Shown here: piece by piece, positions 25,441 through 38,154 of the stretch | Position numbering within the stretch: position 1 is the stretch's first letter | How the letters are laid out: every line of letters begins with the position of its first letter | Assembly (NCBI GenBank): GCA_051313645.2 | Contig: JBNRSN020000006.1 | Location: 50,468,001-50,532,000 of the forward strand | Direction of reading: 5' to 3' | Length of the DNA stretch: 64,000 bases | Source: Centroscyllium fabricii | Lineage: Eukaryota | The notes under the pieces: model-generated | Told to the model about the DNA's origin: nothing | The model's input: only the letters and a program-made list of their open reading frames with translations | Databases searched by the model: none | Made by a program: the position numbers and the translations under genes

Positions 25441-25775
25441 TGTAATAAAGACTTACCAAGTTCTTGGTGAACATAAAGCAAGGCTTTATTCAACTTATAA
25501 CATAACATAAAGAGAGAGAACTAGTTTACAATCACTAGCCTCCTACTTACAAAGTGTCTCTGTCTAAACTGGGGCTCAGGCCCCAGTACTTACACTCCCT
25601 GGCCCTCAGCTGGCCAACCAGTAACTCTTCCTAGGTTATTTCGGAAAACGTGTTTTACGACATTCTTCCTCCCTAGGTTTGGGAGGCCAGTCCTCCTTTA
25701 GCGGACCAAGCGGACCAAAAATAGCCGTAGTCATTTTGCTCCCCGCTTGTGACCAGAAGGCATGTCACCCCGGAC
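25441..25775 (-). mobile_element. 3' LTR (25441-25662) plus PPT and internal stub of another LTR retrotransposon
   Basis: TG...CA ends, AATAAA on minus strand, adjacent purine tract AGGGAGGAAGAA (25663-25674). Confidence 0.6.
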
Positions 25776-26920
25776 AGACTTGTTCATCCTGAATGCGAAC
25801 TGGAACAGATCCAAGGAGTTGGGGATGATGCTATTTATGTGTGTCATGACCACCATTTCCAGGCACTTCATGGCTTTGGGTGATAGAGCCATGGGTCGAT
25901 AGTCATTGAGGTCTGTTACCTTGATCTTCTTAGGTAACGGCACAATGGTTGTCTCCTTGAAGCACACTGGTACAACAGACTGCTGCAGTGAGATGTTAAA
26001 AATGTCTGTGAATGCAGGAGCCAGCTGGTCCGCACAGGTCTTGAAGACACGGAGTTGAACCCCGTCTGGGCTGGCTGCCTTCCGTGCTTTCACCCTACTG
26101 AAGATTCTCCGAAACTCAGACTCAGTCAGCTGTAGTGTGCAATCCTCTGGGTAGCTGGAGGTTTTTGATGGCCGGCTCCGTATTCTCCCTCTCAAAGCGA
26201 GCATAAAAAGTGTTCAGCTCGTCTGGTAGGGAGGGATCGGTATTGATGACTCCCGCTGAGCACCCTTTGTAGTTGATGATGGCCCTCAGTCCCTGCCACA
26301 TACGTCTGGCGTCGGAGCCCATGCCATACTGGGACTCCAATTTGTTCTTGAAGTATCTTTTTGCTGTTTTGATGGTCTTGTTAAGGTCATACTTGGCCTT
26401 CTTATAAAGTTTGGTGTCCCCTGATTTGAAAGCGATACACGGTTCTCTCAGTTTGTTGCGAATGTCTGAGTTCATCCATGATTTGCAGTTGGAAAATGAC
26501 TGGACAGTCTTGGTAGGAATGCATTCCTCCACCAGCCTGTTGTATCCAGTGACGTGACCTGCATACACATCCAGGTCTGGGTTCTTGAAAATGCTCCAGT
26601 CCGTAATTTCCAGCCCGCCCTGCAGTTTTACTTCATTGTCTGTCATCCAGCTTCGCACCGTTTTCACTGTTGTGGGTGTGTTCTTTAACTTCTGTTTGTA
26701 AACAGGAAGTAGGAGCACGGAGGCGTGGTCTGACTTGCCGAAGCCCGGCCGAGCATTGGCGCAGTAGGCGTGTTGTATTGTTGTGTAACAATGATCTAGA
26801 GTTTTACCGTTTCTTGTCGGACAGGAGATGTGTTGAAAGTATTTCGGCATTACTTTCTTTAGGTTACAGTGGTTAAAGTCTCCTGCAATAATAGGAACTG
26901 CCTCGGGATAGCAGGATACA
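25776..26920 (-). mobile_element. Rex1/Babar-type LINE internal fragment (APE end plus RT start)
   Basis: IIAGDFNH, CPTRNGKTLDHCY, GKSDH, LPDELNTFYARFE, KTCADQLA, LNDYRPMAL; frameshift near 26170. Confidence 0.8.
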
Positions 26921-27182
26921 GGTGTACCCATGAAGCATGGAAAGAGTTGTTTTCTGATGGCTCAGCATGGGTTTGTCGTGATCTAACAACTCAAGTGGAA
27001 ACTCTGCAGTATGCTCATCTACTTGGAGCAGAGGAATACTGACTGCTCTTACCTTGACAGACTTCCTGAGGCTATTGCTCGCCTTTCTTCCATTTGTTTC
27101 AACATACTTTGGCTGGTTGTTACAGCCTTTACTCTGCTACCTCCTGCCGAGCAGGGTGTGTAGTTCTCCTGGAGGGAGGATT

Positions 27183-29045
27183 AAAAAAAAATGTATCCAT
27201 TGATGGGATGTGGGCGTCGTTGGCTGGCTAGGCCTGCATTTAGTGCCCATCCCTAATTGCCCTTGAGAAGATGGTGGTGAGCCACCTTCTTGAACCGCTG
27301 CAGTCCATATGGTGTAGGTACACCCACAATGTTGTTAGGAAGGGAGTTCCAGGATTTTGGCCCAGTGATAGTGAAGGAGCGGCGATACAGATCCAAGTCA
27401 GGATGGTGTGTGGCTTGATGGGGAACTTGTAGGTGGTGCTGTTCTCATGCATCTGCTGCCCTTGTCCTTCTAAGTGGTAGAGGTTGCGGGTTTGGAAGGT
27501 GCTGTTGAAGGAGCTTTGGCGAGTTGCTGCAGTGCATCTTGTAGATGGTACACACTGCAGCCACAGTGCGGCGGTGGTGGAGGGAGTGAATGTTGAAGGT
27601 GGTGGATGGAGTGCCAATCAAGCGGCCTGCCTTATCCTGAATGGTGTCGAGCTTCATGAGTGTTGTTGGAGCTGCACTCATCCAGGCAAGTGGAGAGTAT
27701 TCCATCACACTCCTGACTTGTGCCTTGTAGATGGTGGAATGGCTTTGGGGAGTCAGGAGGTGAGACACTCGCCGCAGAATTCCCAGCCTCTGGCCTGCTC
27801 TTGTAGCCACAGTATTTGTATGGCTGGTCCAGTTCAGTTTCTGATCAATGGTAACCCCCAGGATGTTGATAGTGGGGGATTCAGCGATGATAATGCCATT
27901 GAATGTCAAGGGGAGATGGTTAGAGTCTCGCTTGTTGGAGATGGTCATTGCCTGGCACTTGTGTGGTGCGAATGTTACTTGCCACTTGTCAGCCCAAGTC
28001 TGAATGTTGTCCAGGTCTTGCTGCATATGGACACAGACTGCGTCAGTATCTGACGAGTCTCGAATGGTGCTGAACAGTGTGCAATCATCAGCGAACATCC
28101 CCACTTCTGACCTTATGATGGAGGGAAGGTCATTGATGAAACAGCTGAAGATGCCTAGGACACTGCCCTGAGGAACTCCTGCAGTGATGTCTTGTGGTTG
28201 AGATGAATGACCTCCAACAACCACAGCCAACTTCCTTTGTGCTAGGTATGATTCCAACCAATGGGAATTTTTCCCCTTGATTCCCATTGACTTCAGCTTT
28301 GCCAGGGCTCCTTGATGCCACACTCGATCAAATGCTGCCTTGATGTCAAGGGCAGTCACTCTCACCTCACCTCTTGAGTTCAGCTCTTTTGTCCATGTTT
28401 GGACCAAGGCTGTAATGAGGTCAGGAGCTGAGTGGCCCTGGCAGAACCCAAACTGGGCATCAGTTAGCAGGTTATTGCTGAGTAAGAGCCGCTTGATAAC
28501 ACTGTCGACGACACCTTCCATCACTTTGCTGATGATTGAGAGTAGACTGATGGGACGGTAATTGGCTGGGTCGGATTTGTCCTGCTTTTTGCAGACAGGA
28601 CATACTTGGGCAATTTTCCACATTGCCGGGTAGATGCCAGTGTTGTAGCTGTACTGGAACAATTTGGCTAGGGGTGCAGCTAGTTCTGGAGCACAAGTCT
28701 TCAGTACTAGTGCCGGAATATTGTCAGGGCCCATAGCCTTTGCAGTATCCAGTGTCTTCAGCCGTTTCTTGACATCACGTGGAGTGAATTGAATGGGCTG
28801 AAGACTGGCATCTGTGATGGCGGGGACCTCAGGAGGAGGCCGAGATGAATCATCCACTCGGCATTTCTGGCTGAAGATAGTTGCAAATGCTTCAGCCTTG
28901 TCTTTTGCACTCACGTGCTGGGCTCCGCCATCATTGAGGATCGGGATATTTTTGGAACCTCCTCCTCCTCCTGTTAACTGTTTAATTGTCCAGCACCACT
29001 CACGACTGGATGTGGCAGGAATGCAGAGCTTTGATTTGATCCGAT
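27183..29045 (-). mobile_element. 5'-truncated LINE, same family as 1246-2490
   Basis: Long RT ORF (KAMGPDNIP, NYRPISLL, QFGF, DIKAAFD, FADD) and an identical 3' UTR. Confidence 0.9.
27445..29045 (-). CDS. LINE ORF2 reverse transcriptase domain (TE-encoded; the called ORF's first ~48 aa are flanking DNA)
   Basis: Open frame across RT motifs 0-7. Confidence 0.75.
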
Positions 29046-29669
29046 GCCCTGGGTCCTTCCTAAACAAGGCAACCCTATTTTGCTGGATTTCTGGCAGAAA
29101 CGGTTTCAAAGCAATATCTGAAAATGGAAGTACTCTGCATCTTTGGATTTTATTTTGCTTTATCTTCATCTGCCCTTTGATTAAGTCCATTATTTACTGC
29201 TTTTATTCAGATTAGATTAGTTTTTTCTGCTTTGAACGCAATGTACTCGCTTCTAGCTGCTATTTCACTTCAAAAGTGGTACTTTTATGACAGTTCATCA
29301 TTCATATCTGGTTTTAATGTCACTTCATGATAAAAGGCACACTTTGCAATTAGATATATGACCCATCTTGGTTTCTTCACATTTTACTCACTCAATAATC
29401 ACCAACTCATCCCAAATGTGAAGGTAGCCATTCTAAGATTTGGAGAACGAAGATCAGATCATGAAGTGACCAGAAAGGTCGATGTGCTTACACCACAGTC
29501 ATTATGTACATTGTTATGTCCCACCCGTGGTGGTGCTGCTACAGCACTGCACAGCCATGAGGTTCTTTTACTTTTTAGTTTCAGTTTCTCTTTTAACTGT
29601 TGATTAAACTAGACAGCTTTTTACAACTTGGTAGTTTGAATTCTCTTTGTGTTTAAGTAGAAAGACTTA

Positions 29670-30617
29670 GGGCGCGAAATTCGTGAGCGCACAGATTGGG
29701 CACTAAATTTGGCGATGTGCTAAATTTTAGCGCCAGCGCTAAATTAGCACCGAGGCAGCCGATATTGGCGTTAGCGCCGCCATTGCAGAATTCGGCGCTA
29801 ATTCACATCTTGCACGGCTTCCAGGCGGCCAATATCTTGCTGCTAATGGCTGTTCCCGGGCGCAGCGCTCCCTCACTAACTGCTTGCTTCCCCATGACCT
29901 CTGCAGCCGATTAGGTCTTAAAGGGGAAGCAGAGCAGCATCTTTCCCTCCCCGCTCTCTAATCACCTGCCGACCGCGGGCCATCGGCAGCCGTGGCCATC
30001 CCTCCCCAATCGGCAGCCGCTCTCCTCCCTCCCTCCGCTCTCCGATCAGCAGCCGATCTCCTTCCCCCCTCCCCGCTCCCCGATCAGCAGCCGATCTCCT
30101 TCCCCCCTCCCCGCTCCCCAATCAGCAGCCGATCTCCTTCCCCCCTCCCCGCTCTCCGATCAGCAGCCGATCTCCTTCTCCCCTCCCTGCTCTCCGATCA
30201 GCAACCGATCTTCTCCCCCCCTCCCCGCTCTCCAATCAACTGGCACATCGGGACGCCTCGCCCGCTCTCTCAGAAAGTGTCCGATCTCGGGCCGAAGAGG
30301 GAGGGTGGCCCTTTTAGCAGCGCTTCAGCGGCCACTCAAACCCACTGCAGCACTTGCAAAAGCTGGCGCTGATAGCGCGGGGGGCGGTGGAAAGGCGCTA
30401 AGCCCAATATCGGGCGCAGCCCGCCAGGCAGGCGTTGCACACGCATTGTAATGACGATTAGTGATCGCCAGGTGGTGCACCGTTAATGTTTAGCGCCATC
30501 GCTAACCACTAGGCCAATTTAGCGTCCGCCACTAATTTGGGCACTACGTCGGCGCTGGCCCATTAGCGCTGATTTTTGGCGCTAATGGGCCGGTGCTAAG
30601 GCACCAATTTTGTAGCC
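29670..30617. mobile_element. GC-rich Harbinger-type MITE with an internal ~34-bp tandem array
   Basis: TIRs GGGCGCGAAATT / AATTTTGTAGCC, TTA TSD; units of CCGATCAGCAGCCGATCTCCTTCCCCCCTCCCCGCTC at ~30005-30240. Confidence 0.75.
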
Positions 30618-30649
30618 TTAGATACAATATACATACCCTTCCTTAACAC

Positions 30650-31590
30650 ATTTACAGACCCAGAGAGTCCTCCCTGGATTTGTCAGAGGAGACCTGTCTT
30701 CACCACCTCCACTTTGCAAGGGAGATCGTCATAGACCTATGCCATCTCCATGAGCTTCTACCACAGGGTTAGCTCTTATCATGGCTGTGAAGAGCACCAC
30801 TGCAATAAACCTTTATGGCACCAGATTCTTTCAAGGCATTAGTAGAAACATAGAAACATAGAAACTAGGAGCAGGAGTAGGCCATTCGGCCCTTCGAGCC
30901 TGCTCCGCTATTCAATGAGATCATGGCTGATCATCCAAACCCAGTACCCCGCCCTTGCCCTCTCCCCATATCCCACGATCCCTATCGAGCCTGCATCGAC
31001 ACATATCCCACCCTATCCCCGTAACCCCACATATTCAATCCCCCTAACACTAAGGGTCAATTTATCATGGCCAATCAACCTAACCCGCACATCTTTGGAC
31101 TGTGGGAGGAAACCGGAGCACCCAGAGGAAACCCACGCAGACACGGGGAGAATGTGCAAACTCCACACAGATAGTACCCGAGGCTGGATTTGAACCCGGG
31201 TCTCCAGTGCTGTGAGACAACAATGCTAACCACTGTGCCACCATGCCGCCAGTAGTGGCATATGCCAAATCAATCAGTCAGCCGTCCACAGATGCATCAA
31301 GCATGTGATAGAAACCTTTTCAAGGGGCAATATCCTCATCACTTTTCCTGTGGAAAGGAGGCTTCAGCTGGATAAGGCACAGAATTTATATCAGTTGGTA
31401 GGGTTCCTAAGAACACAGGGCATTGTAGATGGTGCCCCTGCAGACATCCAGGCCCTTCATACTAACCCCATAAACTGGGAGGTCTTCCATTCTATTGCTG
31501 TCTAGTTGGTGTTGAATCATAGGAATTCCTTCATGTCGGTCAGTGCTTGATATCTTACAAGCACCCATGATGCCTTCATTTTATGATAGT
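30650..31590 (+). pseudogene. Old, heavily decayed HARBI1-like transposase, interrupted by a SINE
   Basis: Recognisable pieces LDLSEETCL, AVKSTTAINLYGT..FQ, QSAVHRCIKHV, GFLRTQGIVDG, STHDAFIL. Confidence 0.6.
30845..31250 (-). mobile_element. HE1-like V-SINE with CR1 tail
   Basis: Near-identical to 9094-9514; flanked by AGTAG repeats. Confidence 0.9.
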
Positions 31591-31954
31591 TCATGTCTGC
31601 TTTCAATGCCACTTCATGCACATTTTTCAATTGGCTAAATGTTCCATCTTGTTTGTAGTATTGTCGATTACTCCAATTAAAAGGCGACAAGTAGATACCA
31701 AAACTAAAAGGCTTTTAATTGCTAAATAATGGAGCTACTCTCCAGACGAACAACTGTACAGAACTGGGTGGAGCCCCGGTCAGACCACACCTATATAGAG
31801 CCCCACAAGGGGAGGAGTCAGGGGGGTGGCTGACCTGGCTCCCAACAAGATTACAATAAACAGGGCTGTGCCTAACAACTGCACAGCCCACAATCAATCA
31901 TGGCAATACATTGGAACAACTGTGGAATACAGTGGAATAGAACGGTTACCACAT

Positions 31955-34900
31955 TCACCCCTTCTTAAAAACTTTGAGTCCGGGGGGTGGTGAATGGATC
32001 GAACAGTTCATTATAAGACGGTCTGGCGGTCGTGTCTTCCTGGAGGACTGTCGGCGCACCGGTGTTGGAGGTGATGCCTCCATGATTGAATAGTCCGCCT
32101 CTGCCGGCGCTGGGACTTCCGGTGGCGGTTTGCCCGTCGGGTCGCAGTCAGGGGAACTTGGGGGCAATCCTGTGTCTGGTGGGTGAACAACTTGGTGGCC
32201 AGCGGAGGGTGCTGTCGTGGTGTTTCCGGCCGGGGCCAGGTCCCTGATGGACACGGTGTCCTCACGCCCGTCTGGGAACTGCACGAAGGCGTAGTGCGGG
32301 TTGGCGTGTAGTAGCTGTACCTCGTCCAGCAGGGGGTCTGTTTTGTGGCTCCAGACGTGTCTCTTAAGTAAAACTGGCCCCGGAGTCGTCAGCCATGGGG
32401 GAAGGGCTGTTCCCGAAGTAGACCTCCTGTGGAACGAAAAAATGTGATCATGCGGAGTGGCGTTAGTAGCTGTACACAACAGTGACCGGATAGATTGCAG
32501 CGCATCTGGGAGGACTGCCTGCCAATGGGACACTGGAAGGCCTCTGGACTTGAGAGCCAGGGTGACCGCCTTCCAGATGATCCCATTCTCCCTTTCTACC
32601 TGGCCGTTCCCCCGGGGGTTATAACTGGTCGTTCTGCTCGTGGCAACCCCTTTCTGGAGCAGAAACTGGCGCAGTTCATCGCTCATGAACGATGACCCCC
32701 GGTCGCTATGGATGTAGCCGGGGAGACCGAAAATGGCGAACAGCGTGGTGAAGTGTTTGATCACCGTTGCGCTCGTCATATCTGGGATGGGGAAAGCGAA
32801 GGGGAAGCGGGAGAACTCATCCACTACCGTGAGGAAGTACGAGTTGCGGTCGGTGGAGGGGAGGGGTCCTTTGAAGTCTACGCTGAGACGTTCAAAAGGG
32901 CGGGTGGTCTTGATGAGATGCTTCGTGTCTGGCCGGAAAAAGTGGGGTTTGCACTCGGCACAGACAGGGCACTCTCGGGTTATATCCTTGATCTCCGTGA
33001 TGGAGTAGGGGAGGCTACGGGATTTGACGAAATGGGCGAGTCTGGTGACACCCGGGTGACAAAGGCGGTCGTGGAGATCCTTCAGCCGGTCTAGCTGGGC
33101 ACTGGCGCACGTTCCCCTGGACAGTGCATCCGGGGGTTCATTGAGTTTACCTGGTCGGTAAAGAATGTCGTACTCGTAAGTCAAGAGTTCGATCCGCCAC
33201 CGCAGGATCTTATCATTCTTGATCTTACCCCGTAGTTTATTATTAAACATAAACGCCACCGACCGTTGGTCGGTGAGCAGGGTAAAACGCTTACCGGCCA
33301 GGTAATGACGCCAGTAGCGCACGGCCTCCACAATGGCCTGAGCCTCCTTTTCCACTGCAGAGTGGCGAGTCTCGGGTCCCTGTAGGGTGCGGGAGAAAAA
33401 CGCTACGGGCCTGCCCGCCTGATTCAGGGTGGCAGCAAGGGCAAAGTCCGAAGCGTCGCTCTCCACCTGGAAGGGAATGGATTCATCAACAGCGAGCATG
33501 GTCGCCTTGACAATGTCTTCCTTTATCCTTGCAAAAGCCGTCTGGGCTTCTGCAGAAAGGGGGAAGGCGGCAGCCTTGAGAAGTGGTCTAGCCTTGTCCG
33601 CGAACTGTGGGACCCATTGTGCGTAGTAGGAAAAAAATCCTAGGCATCTCCTCAAGGCTTTGGGGTTGTGAGGTAGGGACAGTTCTTGCAGAGGTCGCAT
33701 ACGCTGTGGGTCGGGGCCGAGGAGCCCGTTCTCCACCACGTATCCGAGGATGGCGAGCCGGGTTGTATTAAAGACACATTTGTCTTTGTTATACGTGAGG
33801 TCCAGCTTGTCCGCCGTGGCGAGGAATTTGGCCAGATTGGCATCGTGGTCCTGCTGGTCGTGGCCGCAGATGGTCACGTTGTCCAGGTAGGGGAAGGTGG
33901 CCTGCAAGTCATTCTGGTCAACCATCCGGTCCATCTCCCATTGGAACACGGACACTCCATTGGTCACACCAAAGGGGACCCGGAGGAAGTGGTAGAGCCG
34001 ACCATTCGCCTCGAAGGCGGTGTAGGGGCGGTCGGCTTTCCGAATCGGGAGCTGATGATACGCCGATTTAAGGTCGATCGTAGAGAACACCTTGTACTGG
34101 GCGATCTGATTGACCATGTCTGAGATGCGGGGAAGGGGGTAGGCGTCGAGCCCGGTGTAGCGGTTGATAGTCTGGCTGTAATCGATCACCAGCCGTTGTT
34201 TCTTGCCAGACTTCACCACCACAAATTGGGCGCGCCAGGGGCTGGTGCTGGCTTCAATTATTCCCTCCTTCAGCATCCGCCCGACCTCCGACCTGATAAA
34301 CGTGCGATCCCCCTCACTGTACCGCCGACTCTTAGTGGCAATGGGCTTGCACTTCGGATCGAGGTTGGCGAACAGCGAGGGGGGGTCGATTCTCAGGGTG
34401 GAGAGGCCGCAGGCCGAGCTCCGCTTTGGGGGGGAATTGTCCCGGCTACTGACGGTGAGGGAGGGTAAGGTCCCGCCGAACTCCACTGTCACACTCTGGA
34501 AGTGGCACTGGAAATCCAAACCTAGTAAGGCTGGGGCACACAACTGCTGGAGGGTATACAATCTAAAATTACGGTACACGCGCCCCTTGACGGTGAGCGT
34601 GACGGAGCAGTAGCCGGTGACGTCCGCGGTGTGGGACTGTGAAGCTAGGGAGATTTGGTAGTTGGTGTGCAGGATCTGCAGTCCGCAGCGCCGCACTGTA
34701 TCCGGGTGGATGAAACTCTCCGTGCTGCCTGTGTCAAAAAGACAATCAACAGTATGGTTGTTAATCTTTATGGGAATAATCGAGTTAGACAGGGTATGAG
34801 GCCTGCCCTGGCTAACTCTAATTTTAGCTGCAGCAGCCCCTGCTGGTCGGGGCTGTGCACAAGATGGCATCGCCCCAAAACAAAATGGCGTCGTCCCTGC

Positions 34901-36426
34901 CCCGCACTGTGAGGGGCACTCGGTACAAAATGGCGTCGCCCCTGCCGCGCAGCTCGTGGAACCCCGTACATCTGATGACGTCGCCCCAAAACAAAATGGC
35001 GCCGTCCCTGCCCCGCACTGGGAAGGGCACTCGGTACAAAATGGCGTCACCCCTGCCCCGCAGCTTGTGGAACCCCGTACATCTGATGACGTCATCACTG
35101 CCCCGCATGTGGAGGAGCCCTTGTTATTATGAGACATCGCCCCTGCCCCGCAGCTTGTGGAACCCCGTACATCGGATGACTTTGTCCCTGCCCCGCATGT
35201 GGAGGAGCCCTTGTTATTATGAGACATCGCCCCTGCCCCGCAGCTCGTGGAACCCCGTACATCGGATGACTTTGTCCCTGCGCCGCACGTGGAGGAGCCC
35301 TTGGTGTTAGAAGACATCACCCCTGTCCCGCAGCCCGTGGGACCCCGTACAAAAGATGGCGTCATCTCTGCCCCGCATGTGGAGGAGCTCTGGCCCTGTG
35401 AATGAGCTGGCGGCACCCGTGATTCGCACGCAGCGAACCGCGGCGATCGGGTTGGCGGTGCCCGTGATTCGCACGCAGCTGGCCGCGTTGGGGGGTCACG
35501 CTTGGCCGGCCTTCTCTGCATCAGGTAAGAAGGGGTGGGGGGTGGGGGCGCTCGTTGTCTACCCCCGTACCGTCGCTGGATCGCGCTGCTAATGCATCTT
35601 ACCTGGTCGGTGCAGGCTGCACTGTTGTACCTTCTGCTAGGCGCTGGTGGAGATGCTGCTGGAGCTGACTTGCAGACCTTAGCGAAGTGCCCCTTCTTTG
35701 AACATCTATCACACGTCGCTGTCCTGGCTGGGCATCTCGCTCTAGGGTGCAGTCCTTGGCCGCAGAAGTAGCAGTGCTTATTTTTAATGTCTTTAGTGGC
35801 CGTCGCGGCCATCGTGGGGGCCTCGGCCCGTGGCGCCCAGGCTTGGGCCTGTTGTGGCACGGCCCATACGTTGTAGGCTTGCGGGTTTGTGCCGCTGTAC
35901 GCCTGTAACTTGGTACGGGCCCCCTCTACCGATTTGGCTAACGTGGTCGCCTCCTCGAGGGTCAAATTGTCTCTCTCAAGCAGCCTCTGACGGGCTTCTA
36001 CGCACCTCAGTCCTGTGACATATGCGTCCCGAACGAGAAGTTCTTCCTCCTGTGCAATCGTTGTGCCTTTGCAGCCACAGGCCCATACCAGGGCCAGGAG
36101 CGCTTGCTCGAACTCCTCGTTAGACTCACCCGGTAGCTGGGATCGGGTCGCCGCACATGTCGGGCGTAGACAGAGTGGACCGGGCGCTCGTAGCATTTTT
36201 TGAGGATCTCCACGGTCTTTGCGTAGGTCGAAGCATCCATGACGAGGGTGAAAACCCTGCTAGAGATTCTGGATCACAGGACATGTAGCTTGTCCTTGTC
36301 CGTAGTAGCCTTGGCGGCTTCTGTGTAGGCCTCCAGTAGGCCGAACCAGTGTTTGAAGGTAGCGGGCGCAGCGGCGTCCTGGGGACTGATGTCCAGCTTC
36401 TCAGGCTTTACCGTGCTGCTATCCAT
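31955..36426 (-). CDS. Gypsy Gag-Pol polyprotein (true ATG at 36426; stop and frameshift in gag N-terminus; open frame 36196-31955)
   Basis: Gag knuckles CYFCG..HPRARCP / CDRCSKKGHFAKVC; protease LFDTGS; RT IDLKSAYHQ, PFG, YLDN; RNase H SDASD, EKEA, TDQ; integrase HPG..CPVC, DFKGP, SDRG, VER. Confidence 0.85.
34860..35480. repeat. In-frame tandem repeats between Gag and protease
   Basis: Repeated CCCTGCCCCGCA...GGAACCCCGTACATC units encoding (STSCGAG...)n. Confidence 0.85.
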
Positions 36427-36795
36427 TTTAAATACTTTAGCAATTAAAATTGTAGTATTGTCGATTACTCCAATTAAAAGGCGACAAGTAGATACCGAAA
36501 CTAAAAGGCTTTTAATTGCTAAATAATGGAGCTACTCTCCAGACGAACAACTGTACAGAACTGGGTGGAGCCCCGGTCAGACCACACCTATATAGAGCCC
36601 CACAAGGGGAGGAGTCGGGGGTGTGGCTGACCTGGCTCCCAACAAGATTACAATAAACAGGGCTGTGCCTAACAACTGCACAGCCCACAATCAGTCATGG
36701 CAATACATTGGAACAACTGTGGAATACAGTGGAATAGAACGGTTACCACATTGTTTTCTTCACATCTTACTCATTCCCTAATCACAAACCCATCT

Positions 36796-37072
36796 CAAGG
36801 GGTCAGCCATTTAGGACTGAGATGAGGAGAAATGTCTTCACTCAGAGGGTGGTGAATCTTTGGAATTCTCTACCCCAGAGTGCTGTGGAGGCTCAGTCCT
36901 TGAGTACATTCAAGACAGAGCTCGATAGATTTTTGAATATTAAGGGAATCAAGGGAGATGGGGATAGTGCAGGAAAGTGGAGATGAGGCAGAAGATCAGC
37001 CGTTTTCTTAAATGGTGGAGCAGACTCGAAGGGCCAAATGGTCGACTCCTGCTCCTATTTCTTATGTTCTTA
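36796..37072 (+). mobile_element. CR1 LINE 3' fragment
   Basis: TTTAGGACTGAGATGAGGAGAAA...ACTCCTGCTCCTATTTCTTATGTTCTTA. Confidence 0.8.
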
Positions 37073-38154
37073 TTATCCAAAATCTGAAGGTAGCTAATTC
37101 CAAGAGACAGATTGCCATGGAAACTCAAATTCCCAAACAATCTCTCTCTTACTTGGCAGATAAATAGATCTGTGCTTCCAGAGCTGTTTTTAGTCTCATT
37201 AAGCATTGCAATTTTATCAAGTAAATACTGTTCATATTGACTTTTTGCAATTTTTATTCCACAGAGAAATTGAACATTTAAAAGAATTAATATAATGTGG
37301 TCATAAGGTGAGGATTAATGGTGCTGGAACATGTTATTTTTCTCCTACTGCATCTGGTTTTCCAGTTCCACATGTACCAGCTGACAGTTGTGGTATGTTT
37401 CACCAATGCTGATCCAATACAGTCTCATACCCAACACATTTAGGGTCTGAGGTTAGCAAACCGAAGCACTGAATCACACCTCACTACTAAATTTAACTGA
37501 TCTCGGCACCTTCAGATATGCTTTATTTATTAGTCAACCACTTTCAGTATTAGCTTTCCTGTAAGGTTCCCTGTGTATTCCCAGAAGACCAACCAACATA
37601 TAACATCCGTTTAATCTTGAATTGCTTCTGAAGTTGCCTTTTCTTGGCTTGGTAAACCACAATTTTATGTACAATATCTGAATGTTTTTAACTTTTATTC
37701 TGAGAATTAGAGCAGGCCCAGGGCTTATGTGCAGTAAAACATGTTTCAGGAAGTGCCTGTGGATCCTGATTACATCTGTGTTCAACTGACTAGAACATGA
37801 ACTGTCGATTCTTGTGAATAGGTAACATAACCCTTGATGCCAAGCATTGGCACACCCTGCGCTTCCAGATTTAATTTTTGTTAATACTGGTAAACGACCA
37901 TTTGTTCTCTGTTGGTACTTTCTAATAGATGTAGAAGTTGCACAAGTAGAGATCTCTGTGAACCATCTTTCACTTTATCAAAAAGGTAGCAATACATGTG
38001 CTGCAATATTTTCTGATCTAATTTTCTTTCACAATTATAAAAGTCACTTTATTTGAATTTGAGCATCTATGAAAAGTTCCACGTTAGTTTTTAAGGTGGG
38101 CATTCTTTCCTGTGCTGGAGAGTTGATGCCTTTTTGCATCTAATATCTTCATCA

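Larger units (their letters stand above)
31654..36750 (-). mobile_element. Near-full-length Gypsy (Mag-like) LTR retrotransposon
   Basis: 300-bp LTRs (31654-31953, 36451-36750) differing at about 4 positions; 5-bp TTGTT TSD; PPT 31954-31966; gag-PR-RT-RH-IN order. Confidence 0.95.
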
